DNA from: Auanema rhodensis
Taxonomy: Eukaryota > Animalia > Nematoda
Reading direction: 5' to 3'
NCBI GenBank assembly: GCA_964057225.1
Contig: OZ059895.1
Location: forward strand, 1,302,001-1,366,000
DNA length: 64,000 nt
The position numbers and the translations under genes were made by a program. Shown piece by piece: positions 38,101-52,650 of this stretch (within the stretch, counting starts at the first letter, position 1; each line of letters opens with the position of its first letter). Under the pieces are notes generated by a model that was not told the origin of the DNA, made no database searches, and worked only from the letters and a program-made list of their open reading frames with translations.

Positions 38101-41100
38101 CTGAAGAATTAATTTTTTCGTTGAATAACATTGTCCATCGTCTTTGCCTTGAAGAAAGGAATCTAAAAACATCTACTTTTTGCTAAATTATTTTGAAATT
38201 TTTCGAAAAAATTTTTGTCAAAATGTTTTTGGAAGCAATGTTGAGTGTACATGGAAACTCAACATACACTAATGCATCATTTTTCAAACGATCATAATTA
38301 ATTTTTGTATTAAGCGTTTCTCAATGTAGTATAGTGCATTCGATGCGGATTTTTAAGCTGCGTCGATCTGTGTTATCAGATTTGCGCTAGCTTAAAAATG
38401 CACCGAGATATCAACTGATATAAGTTCACACTTATATCCTCGATTTTCACCCTGAAGAATTAATTTTTTCGTTGAATAACATTGTCCATCGTCTTTGCCT
38501 TGAAAAAAAGAATCTAAAAACATCTACTTTTTGCTAAATTATTTTGAAATTTTTCGAAAAAATTTTTGTCAAAATGTTTTTGGAAGCAATGTTGAGTGTA
38601 CATGGAAACTCAACATACACTAATGCATCATTTTTCAAACGATCATAATTAAATTTTGTATTAAGCGTTTCTCAATGTAGTATAGTGCATTCGATGCGGA
38701 TTTTTAAGCTGCGTCGTTCTGTGTTATCAGATTTGCGCTAGCTTAAAAATGCACCGAGATATCAACTGATATAAGTTCACACATATATCCTCGATTTTCA
38801 CCCTGAAGAATTAATTTTTTCGTTGAATAACATTGTCCATCGTCTTTGCCTTGAAAAAAAGAATCTAAAAACATCTACTTTTTGCTAAATTATCTTGAAA
38901 TTTTTCGAAAAAATTTTTGTCAAAATGTTTTTGGAAGCAATGTTGAGTGTACATGGAAACTCAACATACACTAATGCATCATTTTTCAAACGATCATAAT
39001 TAATTTTTGTATTAAGCGTTTCTCAATGTAGTATAGTGCAATCGATGCGGATTTTTAAGCTGCGTCGATCTGTGTTATCAGATTTGCGCTAGCTTAAAAA
39101 TGCACCGAGATATCAACTGATATAAGTTCACACTTATATCCTCGATTTTCACCCTGAAGAATTAATTTTTTCGTTGAATAACATTGTCCATCGTCTTTGC
39201 CTTGAAAAAAGGAATCTAAAAACATCTACTTTTTGCTAAATTATTTTGAAATTTTTTGAAAAAATTTTTGTCAAAATGTTTTTGGAAGCAATGTTGAGTG
39301 TACATGGAAACTCAACATACACTAATGCATCATTTTTCAAACGATCATAACTAATTTTTGTATTAAGCGTTTCTCAATGTAGTAAAGTGCATTCGATGCG
39401 GATTTTTAAGCTGCGTCGATCTGTGTTATCAGATTTGCGCTAGCTTAAAAATGCACCGAGATATCAACTGATATAAGTTCACACTTATATCCTCGATTTT
39501 CACCCTGAAGAATTGATTTTTTCGTTGAATAACATTGTCCATCGTCTTTGCCTTGAAAAAAAGAATCTAAAAACATCTACTTTTTGCTAAATTATTTTGA
39601 AATTTTTCGAAAAAATTTTTGTCAAAATGTTTTTGGAAGCAATGTTGAGTGTACATGGAAACTCAACATACACTAATGCATCATTTTTCAAACGATCATA
39701 ATTAATTTTTGTATTAAGCGTTTCTCAATGTAGTATAGTGCATTCGATGCTTATTTTTAAGCTGCGTCGATCTGTGTTATCAGATTTGCGCTAGCTTAAA
39801 AATGCACCGAGATATCAACTGATATAAGTTCACACTTATATCCTCGATTTTCACCCTGAAGAATTAATTTTTTCGTTGAATAACATTGTCCATCGTCTTT
39901 GCCTTGAAAAAAGGAATCTAAAAACATCTACTTTTTGCTAAATTATCTTGAAATTTTTCGAAAAAATTTTTGTCAAAATGTTTTTGGAAGCAATGTTGAG
40001 TGTACATGGAAACTCAACATACACTAATGCATCATTTTTCAAACGATCATAATTAATTTTTGTATTAAGCGTTTCTCAATGTGGTATAGTGCATTCGATG
40101 CGGATTTTTAAGCTGCGTCGATCTGTGTTATCAGATTTGCGCTAGCTTAAAAATGCACCGAGATATCAACTGATATAAGTTCACACTTATATCCTCGATT
40201 TTCACCCTGAAGAATTAATTTTTTCGTTGAATAACGTTGTCCATCGTCTTTGCCTTGAAAAAAAGAATCTAAAAACATCTACTTTTTGCTAAATTATTTT
40301 GAAATTTTTCGAAAAAATTTTTGTCAAAATGTTTTTGGAAGCAATGTTGAGTGTACATGGAAACTCAACATACACTAATGCATCATTTTTCAAACGATCA
40401 TAATTAATTTTTGTATTAAGCGTTTCTCAATGTAGTATAGTGCATTCGATGCGGATTTTTAAGCTGCGTCGATCTGTGTTATCAGATTTGCGCTAGCTTA
40501 AAAATGCACCGAGATATCAACTGATATAAGTTCACACTTATATCCTCGATTTTCACCCTGAAGAATTAATTTTTTCGTTGAATAACATTGTCCATCGTCT
40601 TTGCCTTGAAAAAAAGAATCTAAAAACATCTACTTTTTGCTAAATTATTTTGAAATTTTTCGAAAAAATTTTTGTCAAAATGTTTTTGGAAGCAATGTTG
40701 AGTGTACATGGAAACTCAACATACACTAATGCATCATTTTTCAAACGATCATAATTAATTTTTGTATTAAGCGTTTCTCAATGTAGTATAGTGCAATCGA
40801 TGCGGATTTTTAAGCTGCGTCGATCTGTGTTATCAGATTTGCGCTAGCTTAAAAATGCACCGAGATATCAACTGATATAAGTTCACACTTATATCCTCGA
40901 TTTTCACCCTGAAGAATTAATTTTTTCGTTGAATAACATTGTCCATCGTCTTTGCCTTGAAAAGAGGAATCTAAAAACATCTACTTTTTGCTAAATTATT
41001 TTGAAATTTTTCGAAAAAATTTTTGTCAAAATGTTTTTGGAAGCAATGTTGAGTGTACATGGAAACTCAACATACACTAATGCATCATTTTTCAAACGAT

Positions 41101-44100
41101 CATAACTAATTTTTGTATTAAGCGTTTCTCAATGTAGTAAAGTGCATTCGATGCGGATTTTTAAGCTGCGTCGATCTGTGTTATCAGATTTGCGCTAGCT
41201 TAAAAATGCACCGAGATATCAACTGATATAAGTTCACACTTATATCCTCGATTTTCACCCTGAAGAATTAATTTTTTCGTTGAATAACATTGTCCATCGT
41301 CTTTGCCTTGCAAAAAGGAATCTAAAAACATCTACTTTTTGCTAAATTATTTTGAAATTTTTCGAAAAAATTTTTGTCAAAATGTTTTTGGAAGCAATGT
41401 TGAGTGTACATGGAAACTCAACATACACTAATGCATCATTTTTCAAACGATCATAACTAATTTTTGTATTAAGCGTTTCTCAATGTAGTATAGTGCATTC
41501 GATGCGGATTTTTAAGCTGCGTCGTTCTGTGTTATCAGATTTGCGCTAGCTTAAAAATGCACCGAGATATCAACTGATATAAGTTCACACATATATCCTC
41601 GATTTTCACCCTGAAGAATTAATTTTTTCGTTGAATAACATTGTCCATCGTCTTTGCCTTGAAAAAAGGAATCTAAAAACATCTACTTTTTGCTAAATTA
41701 TTTTGAAATTTTTCGAAAAAATTTTTGTCAAAATGTTTTTGGAAGCAATGTTGAGTGTACATGGAAACTCAACATACACTAATGCATCATTTTTCAAACG
41801 ATCATAATTAATTTTTGTATTAAGCGTTTCTCAATTTAGTATAGTGCATTCGATGCGGATTTTTAAGCTGCGTCGATCTGTGTTATCAGATTTGCGCTAG
41901 CTTAAAAATGCACCGAGATATCAACTGATATAAGTTCACACTTATATCCTCGATTTTCACCCTGAAGAATTAATTTTTTCGTTGAATAACATTGTCCATC
42001 GTCTTTGCCTTGAAAAAAGGAATCTAAAAACATCTACTTTTTGCTAAATTATTTTGAAATTTTTCGAAAAAATTTTTGTCAAAATGTTTTTGGAAGCAAT
42101 GTTGAGTGTACATGGAAACTCAACATACACTAATGCATCATTTTTCAAACGATCATAACTAATTTTTGTATTAAGCGTTTCTCAATTTAGTATAGTGCAT
42201 TTGATGCGGATTTTTAAGCTGCGTCGATCTGTGTTATCAGATTTGCGCTAGCTTAAAAATGCACCGAGATATCAACTGATATAAGTTCACACTTATATCC
42301 TCGATTTTCACCCTGAAGAATTAATTTTTTCGTTGAATAACATTGTCCATCGTCTTTGCCTTGAAAAAAGGAATCTAAAAACATCTACTTTTTGCTAAAT
42401 TATTTTGAAATTTTTCGAAAAAATTTTTGTCAAAATGTTTTTGGAAGCAATGTTGAGTGTACATGGAAACTCAACATACACTAATGCATCATTTTTCAAA
42501 CGATCATAACTAATTTTTGTATTAAGCGTTTCTCAATTTTGTATAGTGCATTCGATGCGGATTTTTAAGCTGCGTCGATCTGTGTTATCAGATTTGCGCT
42601 AGCTGAAAAATGCACCGAGATATCAACTGATATAAGTTCACACTTATATCCTCGATTTTCACCCTGAAGAATTAATTTTTTCGTTGAATAACATTGTCCA
42701 TCGTCTTTGCCTTGAAAAAAGGAATCTAAAAACATCTACTTTTTGCTAAATTATTTTGAAATTTTTCGAAAAAATTTTTGTCAAAATGTTTTTGGAAGCA
42801 ATGTTGAGTGTACATGGAAACTCAACATACACTAATGCATCATTTTTCAAACGATCATAACTAATTTTTGTATTAAGCGTTTCTCAATTTAGTATAGTGC
42901 ATTTGATGCGGATTTTTAAGCTGCGTCGATCTGTGTTATCAGATTTGCGCTAGCTTAAAAATGCACCGAGATATCAACTGATATAAGTTCACACTTATAT
43001 CCTCGATTTTCACCCTGAAGAATTAATTTTTTCGTTGAATAACATTGTCCATCGTCTTCGCCTTGAAAAAAGGAATCTAAAAACATCTACTTTTTGCTAA
43101 ATTATTTTGAAATTTTTCGAAAAAATTTTTGTCAAAATGTTTTTGGAAGCAATGTTGAGTGTACATGGAAACTCAACATACACTAATGCATCATTTTTCA
43201 AACGATCATAACTAATTTTTGTATTAAGCGTTTCTCAATGTAGTATAGTGCATTCGATGCGGATTTTTAAGCTGCGTCGTTCTGTGTTATCAGATTTGCG
43301 CTAGCTTAAAAATGCACCGAGATATCAACTGATATAAGTTCACACATATATCCTCGATTTTCACCCTGAAGAATTAATTTTTTCGTTGAATAACATTGTC
43401 CATCGTCTTTGCCTTGAAAAAAGGAATCTAAAAACATCTACTTTTTGCTGAATTATTATGAAATTTTTCGAAAAAATTTTTGTCAAAATGTTTTTGGAAG
43501 CAATGTTGAGTGTACATGGAAACTCAACATACACTAATGCATCATTTTTCAAACGATCATAACTAATTTTTGTATTAGGCGTTTCTCAATGTAATATAGT
43601 GCATTCGATGCGGATTTTTAAGCTGCGTCGATCTGTGTTATCAGATTTGCGCTAGCTTGAAAATGCACCGAGATATCAACTGATATAAGTTCACACTTAT
43701 ATCCTCGATTTTCACCCTGAAGAATTAATTTTTTCGTTGAATAACATTGTCCATCGTCTTTGCCTTAAAAAAAGGAATCTGAAAACATCTACTTTTTGCT
43801 AAATTATTTTGAAATTTTTCGAAAAAATTTTTGTCAAAATGTTTTTGGAAGCAATGTTGAGTGTACATGGAAACTCAACATACACTAATGCATCATTTTT
43901 CAAACGATCATAACTAATTTTTGTATTAAGCGTTTCTCAATGTAGTAAAGTGCATTCGATGCGGATTTTTAAGCTGCGTCGATCTGTGTTATCAGATTTG
44001 CGCTAGCTGAAAAATGCACCGAGATATCAACTGATATAAGTTCACACTTATATCCTCGATTTTCACCCTGAAGAATTAATTTTTTTGTTGAATAACATTG

Positions 44101-47034
44101 TCCATCGTCTTTGCCTTGAAAAAAGGAATCTAAAAACATCTACTTTTTGCTAAATTATTTTGAAATTTTTCGAAAAAATTTTTGTCAAAATGTTTTTGGA
44201 AGCAATGTTGAGTGTACATGGAAACTCAACATACACTAATGCATCATTTTTCAAACGATCATAACTAATTTTTGTATTAAGCGTTTCTCAATGTAGTATA
44301 GTGCATTCGATGCGGATTTTTAAGCTGCGTCGTTCTGTGTTATCAGATTTGCGCTAGCTTAAAAATGCACCGAGATATCAACTGATATAAGTTCACACAT
44401 ATATCCTCGATTTTCACCCTGAAGAATTAATTTTTTCGTTGAATAACATTGTCCATCGTCTTTGCCTTGAAAAAAGGAATCTAAAAACATCTACTTTTTG
44501 CTGAATTATTATGAAATTTTTCGAAAAAATTTTTGTCAAAATGTTTTTGGAAGCAATGTTGAGTGTACATGGAAACTCAACATACACTAATGCATCATTT
44601 TTCAAACGATCATAACTAATTTTTGTATTAGGCGTTTCTCAATGTAATATAGTGCATTCGATGCGGATTTTTAAGCTGCGTCGATCTGTGTTATCAGATT
44701 TGCGCTAGCTTGAAAATGCACCGAGATATCAACTGATATAAGTTCACACTTATATCCTCGATTTTCACCCTGAAGAATTAATTTTTTCGTTGAATAACAT
44801 TGTCCATCGTCTTTGCCTTAAAAAAAGGAATCTGAAAACATCTACTTTTTGCTAAATTATTTTGAAATTTTTCGAAAAAATTTTTGTCAAAATGTTTTTG
44901 GAAGCAATGTTGAGTGTACATGGAAACTCAACATACACTAATGCATCATTTTTCAAACGATCATAACTAATTTTTGTATTAAGCGTTTCTCAATGTAGTA
45001 AAGTGCATTCGATGCGGATTTTTAAGCTGCGTCGATCTGTGTTATCAGATTTGCGCTAGCTGAAAAATGCACCGAGATATCAACTGATATAAGTTCACAC
45101 TTATATCCTCGATTTTCACCCTGAAGAATTAATTTTTTTGTTGAATAACATTGTCCATCGTCTTTGCCTTGAAAAAAGGAATCTAAAAACATCTACTTTT
45201 TGCTAAATTATTTTGAAATTTTTCGAAAAAATTTTTGTCAAAATGTTTTTGGAAGCAATGTTGAGTGTACATGGAAACTCAACATACACTAATGCATCAT
45301 TTTTCAAACGATCATAACTAATTTTTGTATTAAGCGTTTCTCAATGTAGTATAGTGCATTCGATGCGGATTTTTAAGCTGCGTCGTTCTGTGTTATCAGA
45401 TTTGCGCTAGCTTAAAAATGCACCGAGATATCAACTGATATAAGTTCACACATATATCCTCGATTTTCACCCTGAAGAATTAATTTTTTCGTTGAATAAC
45501 ATTGTCCATCGTCTTTGCCTTGAAAAAAGGAATCTAAAAACATCTACTTTTTGCTAAATTATTTTGAAATTTTTCGAAAAAATTTTTGTCAAAATGTTTT
45601 TGGAAGCAATGTTGAGTGTACATGGAAACTCAACATACACTAATGCATCATTTTTCAAACGATCATAACTAATTTTTGTATTAAGCGTTTCTCAATGTAG
45701 TATAGTGCATTCGATGCGGATTTTTAAGCTGCGTCGTTCTGTGTTATCAGATTTGCGCTAGCTTAAAAATGCACCGAGATATCAACTGATATAAGTTCAC
45801 ACATATATCCTCGATTTTCACCCTGAAGAATTAATTTTTTCGTTGAATAACATTGTCCATCGTCTTTGCCTTGAAAAAAAGAATCTAAAAACATCTACTT
45901 TTTGCTAAATTATTTTGAAATTTTTCGAAAAAATTTTTGTCAAAATGTTTTTGGAAGCAATGTTGAGTGTACATGGAAACTCAACATACACTAATGCATC
46001 ATTTTTCAAACGATCATAATTAATTTTTGTATTAAGCGTTTCTCAATGTAGTATAGTGCATTCGATGCGGATTTTTAAGCTGCGTCGATCTGTGTTATCA
46101 GATTTGCGCTAGCTTAAAAATGCACCGAGATATCAACTGATATAAGTTCACACATATATCCTCGATTTTCACCCTGAAGAATTAATTTTTTCGTTGAATA
46201 ACATTGTCCATCGTCTTTGCCTTGAAAAAAGGAATCTAAAAACATCTACTTTTTGCTAAATTATTTTGAAATTTTTCGAAAAAATTTTTGTCAAAATGTT
46301 TTTGGAAGCAATGTTGAGTGTACATGGAAACTCAACATACACTAATGCATCATTTTTCAAACGATCATAACTAATTTTTGTATTAAGCGTTTCTCAATGT
46401 AGTATAGTGCATTCGATGCGGATTTTTAAGCTGCGTCGTTCTGTGTTATCAGATTTGCGCTAGCTTAAAAATGCACCGAGATATCAACTGATATAAGTTC
46501 ACACATATATCCTCGATTTTCACCCTGAAGAATTAATTTTTTCGTTGAATAACATTGTCCATCGTCTTTGCCTTGAAAAAAAGAATCTAAAAACATCTAC
46601 TTTTTGCTAAATTATTTTGAAATTTTTCGAAAAAATTTTTGTCAAAATGTTTTTGGAAGCAATGTTGAGTGTACATGGAAACTCAACATACACTAATGCA
46701 TCATTTTTCAAACGATCATAATTAATTTTTGTATTAAGCGTTTCTCAATGTAGTATAGTGCATTCGATGCGGATTTTTAAGCTGCGTCGATCTGTGTTAT
46801 CAGATTTGCGCTAGCTTAAAAATGCACCGAGATATCAACTGATATAAGTTCACACTTATATCCTCGATTTTCACCCTGAAGAATTAATTTTTTCGTTGAA
46901 TAACATTGTCCATCGTCTTTGCCTTGAAAAAAGGAATCTGAAAACATCTACTTTTTGCTAAATTATTTTGAAATTTTTCGAAAAAATTTTTGTCAAAATG
47001 TTTTTGGAAGCAATGTTGAGTGTACATGGAAACT

Positions 47035-50000
47035 CAACATACACTAATGCATCATTTTTCAAACGATCATAACTAATTTTTGTATTAAGCGTTTCTCAAT
47101 GTAGTATAGTGCATTCGATGCGGATTTTTAAGCTGCGTCGTTCTGTGTTATCAGATTTGCGCTAGCTTAAAAATGCACCGAGATATCAACTGATATAAGT
47201 TCACACATATATCCTCGATTTTCACCCTGAAGAATTAATTTTTTCGTTGAATAACATTGTCCATCGTCTTTGCCTTGAAAAAAAGAATCTAAAAACATCT
47301 ACTTTTTGCTAAATTATTTTGAAATTTTTCGAAAAAATTTTTGTCAAAATGTTTTTGGAAGCAATGTTGAGTGTACATGGAAACTCAACATACACTAATG
47401 CATCATTTTTCAAACGATCATAATTAATTTTTGTATTAAGCGTTTCTCAATGTAGTATAGTGCATTCGATGCGGATTTTTAAGCTGCGTCGATCTGTGTT
47501 ATCAGATTTGCGCTAGCTTAAAAATGCACCGAGATATCAACTGATATAAGTTCACACTTATATCCTCGATTTTCACCCTGAAGAATTAATTTTTTCGTTG
47601 AATAACATTGTCCATCGTCTTTGCCTTGAAAAAAGGAATCTGAAAACATCTACTTTTTGCTAAATTATTTTGAAATTTTTCGAAAAAATTTTTGTCAAAA
47701 TGTTTTTGGAAGCAATGTTGAGTGTACATGGAAACTCAACATACACTAATGCATCATTTTTCAAACGATCATAACTAATTTTTGTATTAAGCGTTTCTCA
47801 ATGTAGTATAGTGCATTCGATGCGGATTTTTAAGCTGCGTCGTTCTGTGTTATCAGATTTGCGCTAGCTTAAAAATGCACCGAGATATCAACTGATATAA
47901 GTTCACACATATATCCTCGATTTTCACCCTGAAGAATTAATTTTTTCGTTGAATAACATTGTCCATCGTCTTTGCCTTGAAAAAAAGAATCTAAAAACAT
48001 CTACTTTTTGCTAAATTATTTTGAAATTTTTCGAAAAAATTTTTGTCAAAATGTTTTTGGAAGCAATGTTGAGTGTACATGGAAACTCAACATACACTAA
48101 TGCATCATTTTTCAAACGATCATAATTAATTTTTGTATTAAGCGTTTCTCAATGTAGTATAGTGCATTCGATGCGGATTTTTAAGCTGCGTCGATCTGTG
48201 TTATCAGATTTGCGCTAGCTTAAAAATGCACCGAGATATCAACTGATATAAGTTCACACTTATATCCTCGATTTTCACCCTGAAGAATTAATTTTTTCGT
48301 TGAATAACATTGTCCATCGTCTTTGCCTTGAAAAAAGGAATCTGAAAACATCTACTTTTTGCTAAATTATTTTGAAATTTTTCGAAAAAATTTTTGTCAA
48401 AATGTTTTTGGAAGCAATGTTGAGTGTACATGGAAACTCAACATACACTAATGCATCATTTTTCAAACGATCATAACTAATTTTTGTATTAAGCGTTTCT
48501 CAATTTAGTATAGTGCATTCGATGCGGATTTTTAAGCTGCGTCGATCTGTGTTATCAGATTTTCGCTAGCTGAAAAATGCACCGAGATATCAACTGATAT
48601 AAGTTCACACTTATATCCTCGATTTTCACCCTGAAGAATTAATTTTTTCGTTGAATAACATTGTCCATCGTCTTTGCCTTGAAAAAAGGAATCTAAAAAC
48701 ATCTACTTTTTGCTAAATTATTTTGAAATTTTCCGAAAAAATTTTTGTCAAAATGTTTTTGGAAGCAATGTTGAGTGTACATGGAAACTCAACATACACT
48801 AATGCATCATTTTTCAAACGATCATAACTAATTTTTGTATTAAGCGTTTCTCAATGTAGTATAGTGCATTCGATGCGGATTTTTAAGCTGCGTCGTTCTG
48901 TGTTATCAGATTTGCGCTAGCTTGAAAATGCACCGAGATATCAACTGATATAAGTTCACACATATATCCTCGATTTTCACCCTGAAGAATTAATTTTTTC
49001 GTTGAATAACATTGTCCATCGTCTTTGCCTTGAAAAAAAGAATCTGAAAACATCTACTTTTTGCTAAATTATTTTGAAATTTTTCGAAAAAATTTTTGTC
49101 AAAATGTTTTTGGAAGCAATGTTGAGTGTACATGGAAACTCAACATACACTAATGCATCATTTTTCAAACGATCATAACTAATTTTTGTATTAAGCGTTT
49201 CTCAATTTTGTATAGTGCATTCGATGCGGATTTTTAAGCTGCGTCGTTCTGTGTTATCAGATTTGCGCTAGCTTGAAAATGCACCGAGATATCAACTGAT
49301 ATAAGTTCACACATATATCCTCGATTTTCACCCTGAAGAATTAATTTTTTCGTTGAATAACATTGTCCATCGTCTTTGCCTTGAAAAAAAGAATCTGAAA
49401 ACATCTACTTTTTGCTAAATTATTTTGAAATTTTTCGAAAAAATTTTTGTCAAAATGTTTTTGGAAGCAATGTTGAGTGTACATGGAAACTCAACATACA
49501 CTAATGCATCATTTTTCAAACGATCATAACTAATTTTTGTATTAAGCGTTTCTCAATTTTGTATAGTGCATTCGATGCGGATTTTTAAGCTGCGTCGATC
49601 TGTGTTATCAGATTTGCGCTAGCTTGAAAATGCACCGAGATATCAACTGATATAAGTTCACACTTATATCCTCGATTTTCACCCTGAAGAATTAATTTTT
49701 TCGTTGAATAACATTGTCCATCGTCTTTGCCTTAAAAAAAGGAATCTGAAAACATCTACTTTTTGCTAAATTATTTTGAAATTTTTCGAAAAAATTTTTG
49801 TCAAAATGTTTTTGGAAGCAATGTTGAGTGTACATGGAAACTCAACATACACTAATGCATCATTTTTCAAACGATCATAACTAATTTTTGTATTAGGCGT
49901 TTCTCAATGTAGTATAGTGCATTCGATGCGGATTTTTAAGCTGCGTCGATCTGTGTTATCAGATTTGCGCTAGCTTGAAAATGCACCGAGATATCAACTG

Positions 50001-52650
50001 ATATAAGTTCACACTTATATCCTCGATTTTCACCCTGAAGAATTAATTTTTTCGTTGAATAACATTGTCCATCGTCTTTGCCTTGAAAAAAAGAATCTAA
50101 AAACATCTACTTTTTGCTAAATTATTTTGAAATTTTTCGAAAAAATTTTTGTCAAAATGTTTTTGGAAGCAATGTTGAGTGTACATGGAAACTCAACATA
50201 CACTAATGCATCATTTTTCAAACGATCATAACTAATTTTTGTATTAAGCGTTTCTCAATGTAGTATAGTGCATTCGATGCGGATTTTTAAGCTGCGTCGT
50301 TCTGTGTTATCAGATTTGCGCTAGCTTAAAAATGCACCGAGATATCAACTGATATAAGTTCACACATATATCCTCGATTTTCACCCTGAAGAATTAATTT
50401 TTTCGTTGAATAACATTGTCCATCGTCTTTGCCTTGAAAAAAAGAATCTAAAAACATCTACTTTTTGCTAAATTATTTTGAAATTTTTCGAAAAAATTTT
50501 TGTCAAAATGTTTTTGGAAGCAATGTTGAGTGTACATGGAAACTCAACATACACTAATGCATCATTTTTCAAACGATCATAATTAATTTTTGTATTGAGC
50601 GTTTCTCAATGTAGTATAGTGCATTCGATGCGGATTTTTAAGCTGCGTCGATCTGTGTTATCAGATTTGCGCTAGCTTAAAAATGCACCGAGATATCAAC
50701 TGATATAAGTTCACACTTATATCCTCGATTTTCACCCTGAAGAATTAATTTTTTCGTTGAATAACATTGTCCATCGTCTTTGCCTTGAAAAAAGGAATCT
50801 GAAAACATCTACTTTTTGCTAAATTATTTTGAAATTTTTCGAAAAAATTTTTGTCAAAATGTTTTTGGAAGCAATGTTGAGTGTACATGGAAACTCAACA
50901 TACACTAATGCATCATTTTTCAAACGATCATAACTAATTTTTGTATTAAGCGTTTCTCAATGTAGTATAGTGCATTCGATGCGGATTTTTAAGCTGCGTC
51001 GTTCTGTGTTATCAGATTTGCGCTAGCTTAAAAATGCACCGAGATATCAACTGATATAAGTTCACACATATATCCTCGATTTTCACCCTGAAGAATTAAT
51101 TTTTTCGTTGAATAACATTGTCCATCGTCTTTGCCTTGAAAAAAAGAATCTAAAAACATCTACTTTTTGCTAAATTATTTTGAAATTTTTCGAAAAAATT
51201 TTTGTCAAAATGTTTTTGGAAGCAATGTTGAGTGTACATGGAAACTCAACATACACTAATGCATCATTTTTCAAACGATCATAATTAATTTTTGTATTAA
51301 GCGTTTCTCAATGTAGTAGAGTGCATTCGATGCGGATTTTTAAGCTGCGTCGATCTGTGTTATCAGATTTGCGCTAGCTTAAAAATGCACCGAGATATCA
51401 ACTGATATAAGTTCACACTTATATCCTCGATTTTCACCCTGAAGAATTAATTTTTTCGTTGAATAACATTGTCCATCGTCTTTGCCTTGAAAAAAGGAAT
51501 CTGAAAACATCTACTTTTTGCTAAATTATTTTGAAATTTTTCGAAAAAATTTTTGTCAAAATGTTTTTGGAAGCAATGTTGAGTGTACATGGAAACTCAA
51601 CATACACTAATGCATCATTTTTCAAACGATCATAACTAATTTTTGTATTAAGCGTTTCTCAATTTAGTATAGTGCATTCGATGCGGATTTTTAAGCTGCG
51701 TCGATCTGTGTTATCAGATTTTCGCTAGCTGAAAAATGCACCGAGATATCAACTGATATAAGTTCACACTTATATCCTCGATTTTCACCCTGAAGAATTA
51801 ATTTTTTCGTTGAATAACATTGTCCATCGTCTTTGCCTTGAAAAAAGGAATCTAAAAACATCTACTTTTTGCTAAATTATTTTGAAATTTTTCGAAAAAA
51901 TTTTTGTCAAAATGTTTTTGGAAGCAATGTTGAGTGTACATGGAAACTCAACATACACTAATGCATCATTTTTCAAACGATCATAACTAATTTTTGTATT
52001 AAGCGTTTCTCAATGTAGTATAGTGCATTCGATGCGGATTTTTAAGCTGCGTCGTTCTGTGTTATCAGATTTGCGCTAGCTTGAAAATGCACCGAGATAT
52101 CAACTGATATAAGTTCACACATATATCCTCGATTTTCACCCTGAAGAATTAATTTTTTCGTTGAATAACATTGTCCATCGTCTTTGCCTTGAAAAAAAGA
52201 ATCTGAAAACATCTACTTTTTGCTAAATTATTTTGAAATTTTTCGAAAAAATTTTTGTCAAAATGTTTTTGGAAGCAATGTTGAGTGTACATGGAAACTC
52301 AACATACACTAATGCATCATTTTTCAAACGATCATAACTAATTTTTGTATTAAGCGTTTCTCAATTTTGTATAGTGCATTCGATGCGGATTTTTAAGCTG
52401 CGTCGATCTGTGTTATCAGATTAGCGCTAGCTTGAAAATGCACCGAGATATCAACTGATATAAGTTCACACTTATATCCTCGATTTTCACCCTGAAGAAT
52501 TAATTTTTTCGTTGAATAACATTGTCCATCGTCTTTGCCTTAAAAAAAGGAATCTGAAAACATCTACTTTTTGCTAAATTATTTTGAAATTTTTCGAAAA
52601 AATTTTTGTCAAAATGTTTTTGGAAGCAATGTTGAGTGTACATGGAAACT
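47035..52650. repeat. Partial 9-mer-offset (3159 bp) duplication, M135-M140 vs M144-M149
   Basis: Rare 125T monomer at 48563 and 51722, each preceded by the 2-mer alternation and followed by (39C,107T,135G,173A,250A,257G). The second copy has extra substitutions (53G, 73G, 124A). Confidence 0.75.

Larger units (their letters stand above)
22465..49140. repeat. ~13.3-kb near-identical tandem block duplication, M65-M102 (22465-35802) vs M104-M140 (36154-49140)
   Basis: Private variants recur at +13689 (39 monomers; e.g. AT>GA at 23582/37271) for the first monomers and at +13338 (38 monomers; e.g. GG>TT at 26413/39751, ORFs at 30023/43361 and 31076/44414) thereafter. Confidence 0.93.
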
